From the NCBI GenBank assembly GCA_035455265.1, contig DATIFK010000012.1:6035-70034 (forward strand): a stretch of 64,000 bases of DNA. The letters are read 5' to 3'. Below are positions 51,958-60,647 of this stretch, piece after piece. The notes below the pieces were generated by a model. It was not told the origin of the DNA. It saw only the letters and a list, made by a program, of their open reading frames with translations, and ran no database searches. This stretch comes from Anaerolineales bacterium (GTDB lineage Bacteria; Chloroflexota; Anaerolineae; Anaerolineales; E44-bin32). The translations under genes were made by a program, and so were the position numbers. The stretch's first letter is position 1. Every line of letters begins with the position of its first letter.

Positions 51958-52854
51958 ATGACCTCCCCTGCCCCTGCCCCCGCCTCCGCCAGGGTCACGA
52001 GGCCGCCCTCCAGCCTGGGAGCCTGGCTCGGCGTCGCACCGTTCTTCCTCTTCGCCGTCCTTTTCCTGTTCTTCCCTTCCTTGCGTCTGTTCATTGGCAG
52101 CTTCACAACCGAAGACGGCCGCTTCACGCTGGAAAACGTCCTGAAGCTCTTCACCGAACCGAGCATCCTGAATGCCTACTGGTTGAGCATCCGCATCAGT
52201 GCCGTCACGGCGGTGGGGGGCGGAATCTTCGGCTTCCTGCTGGCCTATTCGGTCACGATCGGAGGCCTCCCCAAGGCGATGCGATCCCTGTTGATCACCT
52301 TCTCCGGGGTGGCCTCCAACTTTGCCGGTGTGCCGTTGGCGTTCGCCTTTGTGGCGACACTCGGCCGCACCGGGTTCGTCACGGCCCTGCTCAAGAACGT
52401 CTTTCACCTCTCGATCTACGATCACGGTTTCAACCTCTACAGCTTCGCCGGCCTCAGCTTCACCTATATGTACTTTCAGTTCCCGTTGATGGTCTTGGTC
52501 ATGGCACCTGCCCTGGACGGGCTCAAGCGTGAGTGGCGCGAGGCCGCCGAGAACCTGGGCGCCAGCCGCACGCAATACTGGCTGCGGGTGGCGCTGCCGG
52601 TGCTGCTGCCCTCCATCCTGGGGTCGATGATCCTGCTTTTCGGCAACGCCTTCGGCGCCTACGCCACCGCCTATGCGCTCACCGGCGGCGCCCTGCCCAT
52701 CGTCACGATCCAGATCGGAGCCCAGATCCGCGGCGATGTCTTGCACAACGTGGGCCTGGGGTATGCCATGGCGATGGGGATGGTGTTCATCATGGCCGTC
52801 TCGTTGGCGGGCTATTCGTGGCTGCAGGGCCGCACGGAGAGGTGGCTGCGGTGA
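51958..52854 (+). CDS. ABC transporter permease
   Basis: BPD_transp_1 EAA loop EAAENLGASRTQYWLRVALP. Confidence 0.88.
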   Translation: MTSPAPAPASARVTRPPSSLGAWLGVAPFFLFAVLFLFFPSLRLFIGSFTTEDGRFTLENVLKLFTEPSILNAYWLSIRISAVTAVGGGIFGFLLAYSVTIGGLPKAMRSLLITFSGVASNFAGVPLAFAFVATLGRTGFVTALLKNVFHLSIYDHGFNLYSFAGLSFTYMYFQFPLMVLVMAPALDGLKREWREAAENLGASRTQYWLRVALPVLLPSILGSMILLFGNAFGAYATAYALTGGALPIVTIQIGAQIRGDVLHNVGLGYAMAMGMVFIMAVSLAGYSWLQGRTERWLR

Positions 52855-53732
52855 GCGCCCAGGCCCCCGCCGGCGCGCCCCCGGAGACGCGCGGGTCGGT
52901 CTCCCCACGCTTTCGCTTGCGCATCTTCCCTGTGTGGAGCTGGCTGTGGTACTTCCTGGGAGCGCTGTACTTCATCTTGCCCCTCTACGCCACATTGGAC
53001 TTCTCCTTGAGAATGGAACGGGGCGTGCTGGGCCTGAAGGCCTACGGCGTGGCCTTCGCCGACCGCGGGTTTCTTCAATCGTTCGGCTATTCCGTCTGGC
53101 TGGCGGTCGTCACGATCATCGTCAGCATCCTGCTGGTGGTCCCAACGGCCTACTGGATACGCCTGCGGCTACCTCAGGCACGGCGGATCGTTGAGTTCAT
53201 CACCCTGCTTCCCTTTGTGATCCCGGCCATCATTCTGGTCTTCGGCTTCATCCGCATCTACAGCTCTCCGATCGGCATCCCCTTCACCGATGTCCAGCTT
53301 CTGGCTCCGTTGACAACCTCCAAGCTGGGGACGAACGCCTTGATCGTCGCCGGCTACGTCGTCCTGGGGTTACCGTACATGTATCGCTCGGTCGATACAG
53401 GCATGCGCACGGTGGATGTGCGCACACTGACGGAGGCGGCGCAGAGTCTGGGGGCCAATTGGGCGACGATCATGACCCGCGTCATCCTACCGAACGTCCG
53501 CACGGCCCTGCTGAGCGGCGCACTGCTCACGTTCGCCATCGTCGTCGGCGAAGTGGTGCTCGCCTCCTACCTGGGCCTCCCGACGTTCGGGCCGTACCTC
53601 TTCCTGCTCGGGCAGCATCGAGCCTATGAACCAGCGGCGCTTACCTTCACCACCTTCCTGTTGACCTGGGCCGCCATGGGGATCATCCAACTGGTGACGG
53701 GCGGCCAGGGTCAGGTTGCCGGCGCCCACTAG
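52851..53732 (+). CDS. ABC transporter permease
   Basis: GTGA overlap with the upstream permease. EAA loop TEAAQSLGANWATIMTRVILP. The N-terminal part of track ORF 52533..53732 is rejected. Confidence 0.85.
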   Translation: MSAQAPAGAPPETRGSVSPRFRLRIFPVWSWLWYFLGALYFILPLYATLDFSLRMERGVLGLKAYGVAFADRGFLQSFGYSVWLAVVTIIVSILLVVPTAYWIRLRLPQARRIVEFITLLPFVIPAIILVFGFIRIYSSPIGIPFTDVQLLAPLTTSKLGTNALIVAGYVVLGLPYMYRSVDTGMRTVDVRTLTEAAQSLGANWATIMTRVILPNVRTALLSGALLTFAIVVGEVVLASYLGLPTFGPYLFLLGQHRAYEPAALTFTTFLLTWAAMGIIQLVTGGQGQVAGAH

Positions 53733-53744
53733 GGGATTGGGGAC

Positions 53745-54803
53745 ATGGCCTTCTTGTCGATCCAGCACGCATCGAAGAACTACGGGTCCGCCGTCGCCGT
53801 CGAGGATTTCAACCTCGAGATCGAGAAGGGGGAGCTCGTTTCCTTCCTGGGGCCGAGCGGCTGCGGCAAGACGACGACGCTGCGCATGGTGGCGGGTTTC
53901 GAAGTCCCTAGCAGCGGCAAGATCGAGCTGAGCGGCGTGGACATCACCAGCCGCCCTCCCAATCAACGCAATGTCGGGATGGTCTTCCAGGCCTATGCTC
54001 TCTTTCCCAACATGACCGTCGCCGACAACGTCGGTTTCGGCCTGAAGGTCGCCAACAAGCCGACGGCCGACATCCGCCGGCGAACCGACGAGATGCTGAC
54101 GCTCATCCGCATGCCGCAGCTCGGCGACCGCTATCCCTATCAGCTGTCGGGCGGGCAGCAGCAGCGCGTGGCGCTGGCGCGCGCCTTGGCCATTCAGCCG
54201 AGCGTCTTGCTGCTCGACGAGCCGCTCTCGGCCCTGGATGCCAAGATCCGCGTCGAGCTGCGCAGCGAGATCCGGCGCATCCAGCAGCAGCTGGGCATCA
54301 CGACCATCTACGTTACCCATGATCAAGAAGAGGCTCTCTCGATCTCCGACCGCATCGTGGTCATGAGCGCCGGGCGGATGGAACAGGTGGGCACCCCTTT
54401 CGAGATCTACAACTTCCCCAAGACCGCCTTTGCCGCTTCGTTCGTCGGCACGCTCAATCAACTGCGCTGCACGGTCGTCGACGCCGATCAGGCCAAGCTG
54501 GCCTTCGACGGCCAGACCTTCACCGCCGCGGCGCCCATCCGCGCCGCCAAGGGTGCTTCGGTCGTCGCCGCACTGCGGCCGGAAGAACTGCACATCGGGC
54601 GCTTCGACGGGGAGAACCAGCTGACTGGGACGGTCGAAGCGGTGACCTTTTTGGGCGGGATCGTACGCATCCGCCTGGCCCTGGGCGAATCGCGGATCAC
54701 CCTCGACGCTCTCAACGAGCGGCGCCTCACGCTGCCGAAGGTCGGGGAGACGCAGACGGTTTCCTTCCCGCCGCATGCCTGTTGGGTGATGGTGGAGAGC
54801 TGA
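53745..54803 (+). CDS. ABC transporter ATP-binding protein (PotA/MalK-like with C-terminal TOBE-type domain)
   Basis: Walker A GPSGCGKTT, signature LSGGQQQRVALARAL, Walker B LLLDEPLSALD. Confidence 0.92.
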   Translation: MAFLSIQHASKNYGSAVAVEDFNLEIEKGELVSFLGPSGCGKTTTLRMVAGFEVPSSGKIELSGVDITSRPPNQRNVGMVFQAYALFPNMTVADNVGFGLKVANKPTADIRRRTDEMLTLIRMPQLGDRYPYQLSGGQQQRVALARALAIQPSVLLLDEPLSALDAKIRVELRSEIRRIQQQLGITTIYVTHDQEEALSISDRIVVMSAGRMEQVGTPFEIYNFPKTAFAASFVGTLNQLRCTVVDADQAKLAFDGQTFTAAAPIRAAKGASVVAALRPEELHIGRFDGENQLTGTVEAVTFLGGIVRIRLALGESRITLDALNERRLTLPKVGETQTVSFPPHACWVMVES

Positions 54804-54833
54804 AAGGCCTCGGTTTTCCGACGTCCTGGCCGG

Positions 54834-55730
54834 TTGGCTAGCCCGCACGTGACAACCTCGGAACGCTCCACGAACCGCGCCTCGGCCCTGGGTGAGTTCG
54901 TCCTGATGACGATCGGGGCGGCCCTGCTTGTCCTGAGCGTCGACATCTTCCTGGCTCCTGGGGACATCGCCCCGGGCGGGGTCTCGGGCCTGTCGATCAT
55001 TCTCAATGACCGCCTGGGCTGGCCCATCGGCCTGACCATGCTGGCCTTCAATGTGCCGCTGCTGGCGCTCGGCTTCTACCATTTGGGGCGCTTCCGCTTC
55101 CTCACCCGAACGGTCTACCTGGTCCTGATCTACAGCCTGGGCGTCGACCTGCTGGCTCGCTACCTGCCTCCCGGCGGGATCAGCGACAATCTGCTGTTGA
55201 ACGCGCTCTACGGAGGTGTGGTCGGAGGCATCGGCACCGGTTTGGTCTACCGCGGCGGCGGAACCGTCGGCGGCACCGGCATCCTCGGCCGCGTGATCCA
55301 ACTGCGCACCGGCATGCCCATCAGCCAGGTTTACCTGTTCACCGACGGCGCCGTGATCCTTCTGGCGGGAGTCGTCTTCGGCTGGGAGCAGGGGCTGTAT
55401 GCGCTGCTGGCCCTGTTCGTCTGGGGCCTGGCCACCGATTACCTGCTCGAGGGGCCGAGCGTCGTGAGGACCGCCTTCATCGTGACCGATCATCCTCAGG
55501 CGGTGGCTCAAGCGATCGTCGACCATCTGGGCGTCGGTGTGACCACCTGGCCGGCAGAGGGACAATACACGCAGGAGAAGCACACCGTGCTCTTTTGCAC
55601 CATCAGCCGGCCGGACGTCGATGCCCTTCGCCGCGCCGTGACCGGCGCCGATGCGGAATCGTTCCTAGTCATCGGACACGGCCATCAGGCGACCGGCGGC
55701 ATGGTCCGCGCCGGCCGCCGCCGAGCCTAG
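54834..55730 (+). CDS. YitT-family membrane protein (DUF2179 C-terminal domain)
   Basis: Polytopic N-terminal part plus a C-terminal soluble domain (TAFIVTDHPQAVAQAIVDHLGVGVTTWPAEGQY). TTG start is uncertain. Confidence 0.7.
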   Translation: MASPHVTTSERSTNRASALGEFVLMTIGAALLVLSVDIFLAPGDIAPGGVSGLSIILNDRLGWPIGLTMLAFNVPLLALGFYHLGRFRFLTRTVYLVLIYSLGVDLLARYLPPGGISDNLLLNALYGGVVGGIGTGLVYRGGGTVGGTGILGRVIQLRTGMPISQVYLFTDGAVILLAGVVFGWEQGLYALLALFVWGLATDYLLEGPSVVRTAFIVTDHPQAVAQAIVDHLGVGVTTWPAEGQYTQEKHTVLFCTISRPDVDALRRAVTGADAESFLVIGHGHQATGGMVRAGRRRA

Positions 55731-55743
55731 GTTTCAGCGCACA

Positions 55744-55782
55744 CCCCAAACCCGTTTTGCCGATGGCAAAACGGGTTTGGGG
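55744..55782. repeat. 18-bp perfect hairpin CCCCAAACCCGTTTTGCC-GAT-GGCAAAACGGGTTTGGGG (terminator-like)
   Basis: Begins 14 nt after the YitT stop. Same core as the element at 33370. Confidence 0.85.
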
Positions 55783-55813
55783 TTCGGGTGCACTTCGACC
55801 CACAGGAGTCTTC

Positions 55814-56623
55814 ATGGGCAAGGTTGTCATGGTGGTTTCCGACGCCCTGCGCGACGACACCGCCCGGGCGCAGATGGGTTACCTGCAGCATCTGGTGGAA
55901 GCTGGACGAGCCACTCGCTACACCGTCGTGGCCGAGCTGCCGACGATGTCGCGGCCGCTGTATGAAACGCTGCACACCGGCGTGCCCGTCAGCGTCCACG
56001 GCGTCACCAACAACCTGATCGTGCGCCGCTCGACGATGCCGAACGTGTTCGAAGAAGCCGTGAAGCACGGACGAACGACGGGCGCCTCGGCCTACGGCTG
56101 GTTCTCCGAGCTCTACAATCGCGCCCCCTACGACCGGATCGCCGACCGGGAGGTCGACGACCCCGGCCTGGGGATCCAGCACGGTCGCTTCTATATGGAA
56201 GACAACATGCCGGACCGAGAGGTCTTCCTCGCCGGCGCCTCGGTGATCCTCAAATACCAGCCCGACTATGTCCTGATTCACCCGATGGGCATGGACCATC
56301 TGGGCGAGTCGTACGGTTCGGACTCGCCCGAGTATCGCAACAATGCTATCTTTCAAGATATGGCGCTGGCGAATCTGATCCCGGGCTGGCTGGAGCGCGG
56401 CTATACGGTGCTGGTCACCGCCGACCACGGGATCAACAACGATCGGCTCCACGGCGGCACCCTGCCCGACGTACGGCATGTGCCGCTGTATTGGATCCCG
56501 AAGGACGGGCGCGGCGGCGGGGACTCAGGCCGCCAGGTGCCTCAATTGAGCGTCGCGCCGACGCTGTGCTCCCTGCTGGGGATACCTATCCCCAAGACGA
56601 TGCAGGGATCCGCCATCGACTAG
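55814..56623 (+). CDS. alkaline-phosphatase-superfamily protein (type I phosphodiesterase/nucleotide pyrophosphatase-like)
   Basis: VVSDALRDD and VTADHG metal-site blocks. AGGAG upstream of the internal ATG. The N-terminal part of track ORF 55595..56623 is rejected. Confidence 0.7.
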   Translation: MGKVVMVVSDALRDDTARAQMGYLQHLVEAGRATRYTVVAELPTMSRPLYETLHTGVPVSVHGVTNNLIVRRSTMPNVFEEAVKHGRTTGASAYGWFSELYNRAPYDRIADREVDDPGLGIQHGRFYMEDNMPDREVFLAGASVILKYQPDYVLIHPMGMDHLGESYGSDSPEYRNNAIFQDMALANLIPGWLERGYTVLVTADHGINNDRLHGGTLPDVRHVPLYWIPKDGRGGGDSGRQVPQLSVAPTLCSLLGIPIPKTMQGSAID

Positions 56624-56706
56624 GACTCCATCCGCGCGAACGAAGGGCCATCGCCCCATCCCCGCCGCGGGCGTTCTTCGCCCCCGACATACCCAGGAGA
56701 TGCCCC

Positions 56707-57165
56707 ATGACCTTCACCTGTTCGATCCAAGAGGAAACGCCGCAACTCTCCCTCGTCGTACGGGTGCGCACGTCCGTGCAGGACCTGCCGCGCATGTTCG
56801 GGGAGTGCTTCGGCCGGGTCGCCGGCTACATGGCTTCTCTCGGCGAAGCGCCGGCCGGGCCGCCCTATGCCGCCTATCACAATGCCGACATGCAGAACCT
56901 CGACGTCGAGATCGGTTTCCCCGTGTCGAAGCCGCTGACGGGTGTGGAGGGCATCGAGGCGAGCCGAATCCCCGGCGGGCGCATGGCAAGCTGCATGTAC
57001 ACCGGGCCTTACAGCGGCGTGGGCAAGGCCTACGGGGAAATGCACGCCTGGATGGAGAAGCAAGGACACCAGGCCCAGGGCCCGTCGTATGAGATCTACC
57101 TGAACGATCCGGCCACCACTCCGCCCGAGGCGCTGCAGACGCTGATCCTGATGCCGCTCAAGTAG
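56707..57165 (+). CDS. GyrI-like small-molecule-binding domain protein
   Basis: Two-lobed GyrI-like pattern ending in EIYLNDP. Start placed at an internal ATG. Confidence 0.7.
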   Translation: MTFTCSIQEETPQLSLVVRVRTSVQDLPRMFGECFGRVAGYMASLGEAPAGPPYAAYHNADMQNLDVEIGFPVSKPLTGVEGIEASRIPGGRMASCMYTGPYSGVGKAYGEMHAWMEKQGHQAQGPSYEIYLNDPATTPPEALQTLILMPLK

Positions 57166-57254
57166 CCGTCGGCCGTCAGCGACCAGGTGGCGCGTCCGAG
57201 TCGTTTCCGCCCCCCTGGGCTCGGAGGGGCGAAGCCTGCTCCCGTCGTCCGGGA

Positions 57255-57283
57255 TTGACTTCGGAGCCAGCAGACCGTAGAAT
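57255..57283 (+). promoter_or_regulatory. sigma-70-type promoter (TTGACT-N17-TAGAAT) of the GntR/MttB operon
   Basis: TTGACT at 57255-57260, a 17-nt spacer, and TAGAAT at 57278-57283. Confidence 0.6.
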
Positions 57284-57291
57284 GGGGCCAT

Positions 57292-57311
57292 TGGTGTATA
57301 CCAATACACCA
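57292..57311. promoter_or_regulatory. candidate GntR/HutC operator TGGTGTAT-ACCA-ATACACCA
   Basis: 8-bp perfect inverted arms with a 4-nt spacer, 9 nt downstream of the -10 box and 16 nt upstream of the regulator start. Confidence 0.55.
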
Positions 57312-57326
57312 TAGGTCAACCAGCGC

Positions 57327-58106
57327 TTGGCTGCCATTTCTCAGGTCCGGCTCCTCCACCTCGACCCGCCAGTCGATCGTCTGATCGCCGGTGCGCCGCT
57401 GTACGCCCAGATCGCCGACGCGCTGCTCGGCCGCATCCAGAGGGGCGAGCTGGCGGTCGGCGATCGGTTGCCCCCGGAGCGCGAGTTGAGCGAGCACCTG
57501 GGGGTCAACCGGCTCACCCTGCGCCGTGCCCTGCGCGAATTGGAACACCGCGGCCTGTTGCGCCGTCGGCCCGGCCTGGGCACGTTCGTGGTCGAGCCCA
57601 AGGTCGAACGGCCCGCCGGTCGCCTCATTTCCTTCACTCGCGACGCGCAGCAGCTCGGATTTGCACCCGGTGCGAAGTTGCTGTCGCTGCAACCTCGCCT
57701 GGCCGACGCCGAACAGGCTGCCGACCTGCAGTTGCCGCTTTCGGCCGTGGTCTGGGACATCCTCCGCCTGCGGACGCTCAACACCGAACCGGTCCTGTTG
57801 GAGCACTACGCCCTGCCCCAACCGCGGTTCCCGAGCCTGGACCGGTTCGACCTGGAAGGCCGCTCCGTTTTCGAGGTCCTCGAGACGGAGTTCGGCGCCA
57901 CGATCGCGCGCGCCCGCCAGAGCCTGGAAGCCGTCGCCGCCGGCGTGCGCGAGGCTGAGTTGCTCGGTGTCTCGCCCGGCGCGCCCTTGATGCTCGAGCG
58001 CCGGCTGTCGTTCGACGCGCAGGATCGACCGGTGGAGCTCGGGCAAGACCTGTATCGAGGCGACCGTTTTCGTTTTGTGACCGAAAAGGCGCCGCGCGAA
58101 CGCTGA
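57327..58106 (+). CDS. GntR-family transcriptional regulator, HutC subfamily (UTRA effector domain)
   Basis: PLYAQIADALLGRIQRGEL.VGDRLPPERELSEHLGVNRLTLRRALRELEHRGLL followed by a UTRA-like C-terminal domain. TTG start (no in-frame ATG upstream of the HTH). Confidence 0.85.
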   Translation: MAAISQVRLLHLDPPVDRLIAGAPLYAQIADALLGRIQRGELAVGDRLPPERELSEHLGVNRLTLRRALRELEHRGLLRRRPGLGTFVVEPKVERPAGRLISFTRDAQQLGFAPGAKLLSLQPRLADAEQAADLQLPLSAVVWDILRLRTLNTEPVLLEHYALPQPRFPSLDRFDLEGRSVFEVLETEFGATIARARQSLEAVAAGVREAELLGVSPGAPLMLERRLSFDAQDRPVELGQDLYRGDRFRFVTEKAPRER

Positions 58107-58124
58107 GGCGCCGGGAGTCCCGCG

Positions 58125-59645
58125 ATGATCCATGACTATGCCAACCTGCTGACGGCGGACCAGGTCGAACGAGTGCATGCCGCTTCCCTGGAGATCCTGG
58201 CCGACGTCGGGCTCCTGGTGCGCAACGCCCGGGCCCGCGAGATCTTCGGCCGGCACGGCGCCCGCGTCGATGGCGAGTCCCAGGTTGTGCGGATTCCACC
58301 GGCCGTGGTCGAGGAATTTCGCCGTCAGATCCCGCCGACCTTCACCTTCTACGGCCGCGACCCGCGTTTCGACAAGACTATGCCGCAGGACACGCCGGTC
58401 ATCGTCACCGGTTCGTCGGCGCCGAACATCGTCGATCCGACCACCGGCCAGGAGCGGCGCGCCCGCTCCGACGACCTGGCCCGCATCGCCCACCTGGTCA
58501 ACGAGCTGCCGGGCTACGACGTCTTCTCGATTTCCACCTTGGCCGACGATGCGCCGCCCGGGCTGTTCACCCTGACGCGCCTGTACGCCTCGACCAAGTA
58601 CTGCCTCAAGCCGGTGCGCGCCAGCGGTCCCCCGGACGATGCCGCCAAGATTCTGGACTTCGCCTTCTTGGCGGCCGGTGGGGAAGATGCCTATCGCGCC
58701 CATCCGTTCATCACTCACCACTACTGCCCGGTCGTCTCGCCGCTGACGATGGACTTCGATTCGACCGAGATGTTGCTGTTCTTCAGCGGCGAAGGTTTGC
58801 CGTGCTACCCGACGATCGTCCCCAACGCCGGCCTGACATCTCCGCTGACTCTCCTGGCGACCCTGGCCCAGGGGAACGCCGAGTTCTTGGCCGCCGCCGT
58901 GCTCGAGCAAATGGTCCGCCCCGGCAAGCCGACGATCTACAGCAGCCTGCCGACGGTCGCCGACATGCGCACCGGAGCCTACGCGCCGGGCGCCATCGAG
59001 ACCGGCATCCTCTTCATCGGCACGGCGCAGATGGCGCGCTTCTACAACGTCCCCTGCGGCGGCTACATCGGGCTGACGAATGCCAAGGTCAACGACGCTC
59101 AGTCGGGGTACGAGACCGGGATGTCGGTCATCGCCGGGCTGCTGGGCGGGGTTCACATGTTCAACATGGCCGGCTTGCTCGACGCCCTGATGTCGTTCGA
59201 TTTCGCCAAGGCGATCATCGACGATGAAATCGCCCTGATGCTGAAGAAGACCGCCGCCGGCATACCCTTCTCCGATGACGAGTTCGCCCTGGACCTGATC
59301 GCCGAGGTGGGCCCCGGCGGGATGTTCGCCGACCACCTGCACACTGTCGAGCGGATGAAGACCACCGGGCTTCTGCCGGAGATCGCCGACCGCAACCCGC
59401 GCGGGCTGTGGCTCGAGCGGGGCGGCCTGGACGCGCACGCCCGCGCCCTGCAGCGGGCCCACGATATCCTGACGCGCGACAACAACGCCGGCTTCACGCC
59501 CGAGGTGGACGCGCAACTGCATGAGACGTTCACCGGCTTGCTGCCGACGGCGCTGCATCCGCCGCAGGGATGGACGCGGCCGCAAGGTCTCGACGGGCGC
59601 GGGCGGTCGGATCGGCGCCGGCGCCGAGCGGAGGCCGCCGCCTGA
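58125..59645 (+). CDS. MttB-superfamily (non-pyrrolysine) substrate:corrinoid methyltransferase
   Basis: 506-aa uninterrupted ORF with MttB-family blocks (LTADQVERVHAASLEILADVGLLV, SPLTLLATLAQGNAE, NMAGLLD). No in-frame TAG. Confidence 0.88.
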   Translation: MIHDYANLLTADQVERVHAASLEILADVGLLVRNARAREIFGRHGARVDGESQVVRIPPAVVEEFRRQIPPTFTFYGRDPRFDKTMPQDTPVIVTGSSAPNIVDPTTGQERRARSDDLARIAHLVNELPGYDVFSISTLADDAPPGLFTLTRLYASTKYCLKPVRASGPPDDAAKILDFAFLAAGGEDAYRAHPFITHHYCPVVSPLTMDFDSTEMLLFFSGEGLPCYPTIVPNAGLTSPLTLLATLAQGNAEFLAAAVLEQMVRPGKPTIYSSLPTVADMRTGAYAPGAIETGILFIGTAQMARFYNVPCGGYIGLTNAKVNDAQSGYETGMSVIAGLLGGVHMFNMAGLLDALMSFDFAKAIIDDEIALMLKKTAAGIPFSDDEFALDLIAEVGPGGMFADHLHTVERMKTTGLLPEIADRNPRGLWLERGGLDAHARALQRAHDILTRDNNAGFTPEVDAQLHETFTGLLPTALHPPQGWTRPQGLDGRGRSDRRRRRAEAAA

Positions 59646-59670
59646 GGTCTCATGCCGCGGCTGATAGCCT

Positions 59671-60537
59671 ATGACCCTCGCCAACCTGCTCCTCCTGCTG
59701 ACGGCGGCCGGCGTGCACGTCGTGACGCACATCGCCCTCAAGCGCAGCCGCGATCGGTCGGCTTTCGTCGGCTGGATGCTGCTGTGGTCGGCCATCCTCT
59801 TCTCGCCCATCGTCATTCTGACGCGCGCCTCGATTCCGCCGATCGGTTGGGCGCTGATGGCCTTCAGTTCGATCTTCGAGGCGGGTTACTTCATCGCCAT
59901 CGCCCTGGCGTATCGCGGCGCCGACCTCTCGGTGGTCTATCCGCTGGCGCGCGGCGTGGGGCCCGTGCTCTTGCTGGTATGGTCCGGCCTCATCCTGCGC
60001 GAGCCGCTGACCGCCGGCGGGGTCATCGGGGTGGGGTTGATCGCCCTGGGGCTGTACACCGTCAACCTGCCGCGGCCGGGCGCGTGGCGCGAGCCGCTCG
60101 CCGCCCTGCGCCAGAGCGGACCGCGCTGGGCGGTGGCGGCGGGAGTCTGCATCTCGGGCTACACCGCTATCGACAAGGTCGGGATCCGCTACGTGCCGCC
60201 GCTGCTCTATACCTATCTGGCGCTGTGGATTACCCTTCTGTGGGTGGCGCCGTGGACGGTGTGGTTTGTTGGTCGCAGCGGTCTGCGCGACGAGTGGCGC
60301 CTTTCGAAGTGGGGGATCATCCTGGCCGGGTTCACCACGTTGGCGGCCTACGGTCTGGTCCTGTTGGCGATGGCCGCGGGCACGCCGGCCAGCTACGCCG
60401 GGGCGATCCGCGAGGTGAGCGTGGTGTTGGGGGCCGCCTACGGCGTCTATGTGCTGAAGGAACAAGGCGGTCCGATGCGTCTGGTGGGCGCCGCTCTGGT
60501 CGCCTGCGGCGTGGTGGCGATCGGGTTGTTGGGGTGA
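59671..60537 (+). CDS. DMT-superfamily (EamA-like) transporter
   Basis: Ten-TM-like profile inside the corrinoid methyltransferase operon. Confidence 0.8.
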   Translation: MTLANLLLLLTAAGVHVVTHIALKRSRDRSAFVGWMLLWSAILFSPIVILTRASIPPIGWALMAFSSIFEAGYFIAIALAYRGADLSVVYPLARGVGPVLLLVWSGLILREPLTAGGVIGVGLIALGLYTVNLPRPGAWREPLAALRQSGPRWAVAAGVCISGYTAIDKVGIRYVPPLLYTYLALWITLLWVAPWTVWFVGRSGLRDEWRLSKWGIILAGFTTLAAYGLVLLAMAAGTPASYAGAIREVSVVLGAAYGVYVLKEQGGPMRLVGAALVACGVVAIGLLG

Positions 60538-60587
60538 GCGGTGGTTTGGTGATTGGAGATTCGTGACTTGTTCTCGCAGAAACGAAA

Positions 60588-60607
60588 CCGCAGGCTGAAG
60601 CCTGCGG
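60588..60607 (+). other. small stem-loop between the DMT transporter and activase genes
   Basis: CCGCAGGC-TGAA-GCCTGCGG; no T-tract follows. Confidence 0.3.
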
Positions 60608-60620
60608 CTACCGGCAACAC

Positions 60621-60647
60621 GGATGGCTGACGGCTGATGGCTGATCC
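60621..60647. repeat. heptad-type repeat (GGCTGAY units) running into the activase start codon
   Basis: ggatGGCTGACGGCTGATGGCTGATcc. The ATG at 60637 lies inside the third unit. Confidence 0.55.

Noticed and set aside
57166-58124. Cobalamin riboswitch upstream of the corrinoid methyltransferase genes (also checked upstream of 2845 and 62673).
   Set aside because: I found no B12-box-like consensus or sufficiently long structured leader by eye, and the intergenic spaces are short or occupied by a promoter/operator. An Rfam scan would be needed to exclude it formally.
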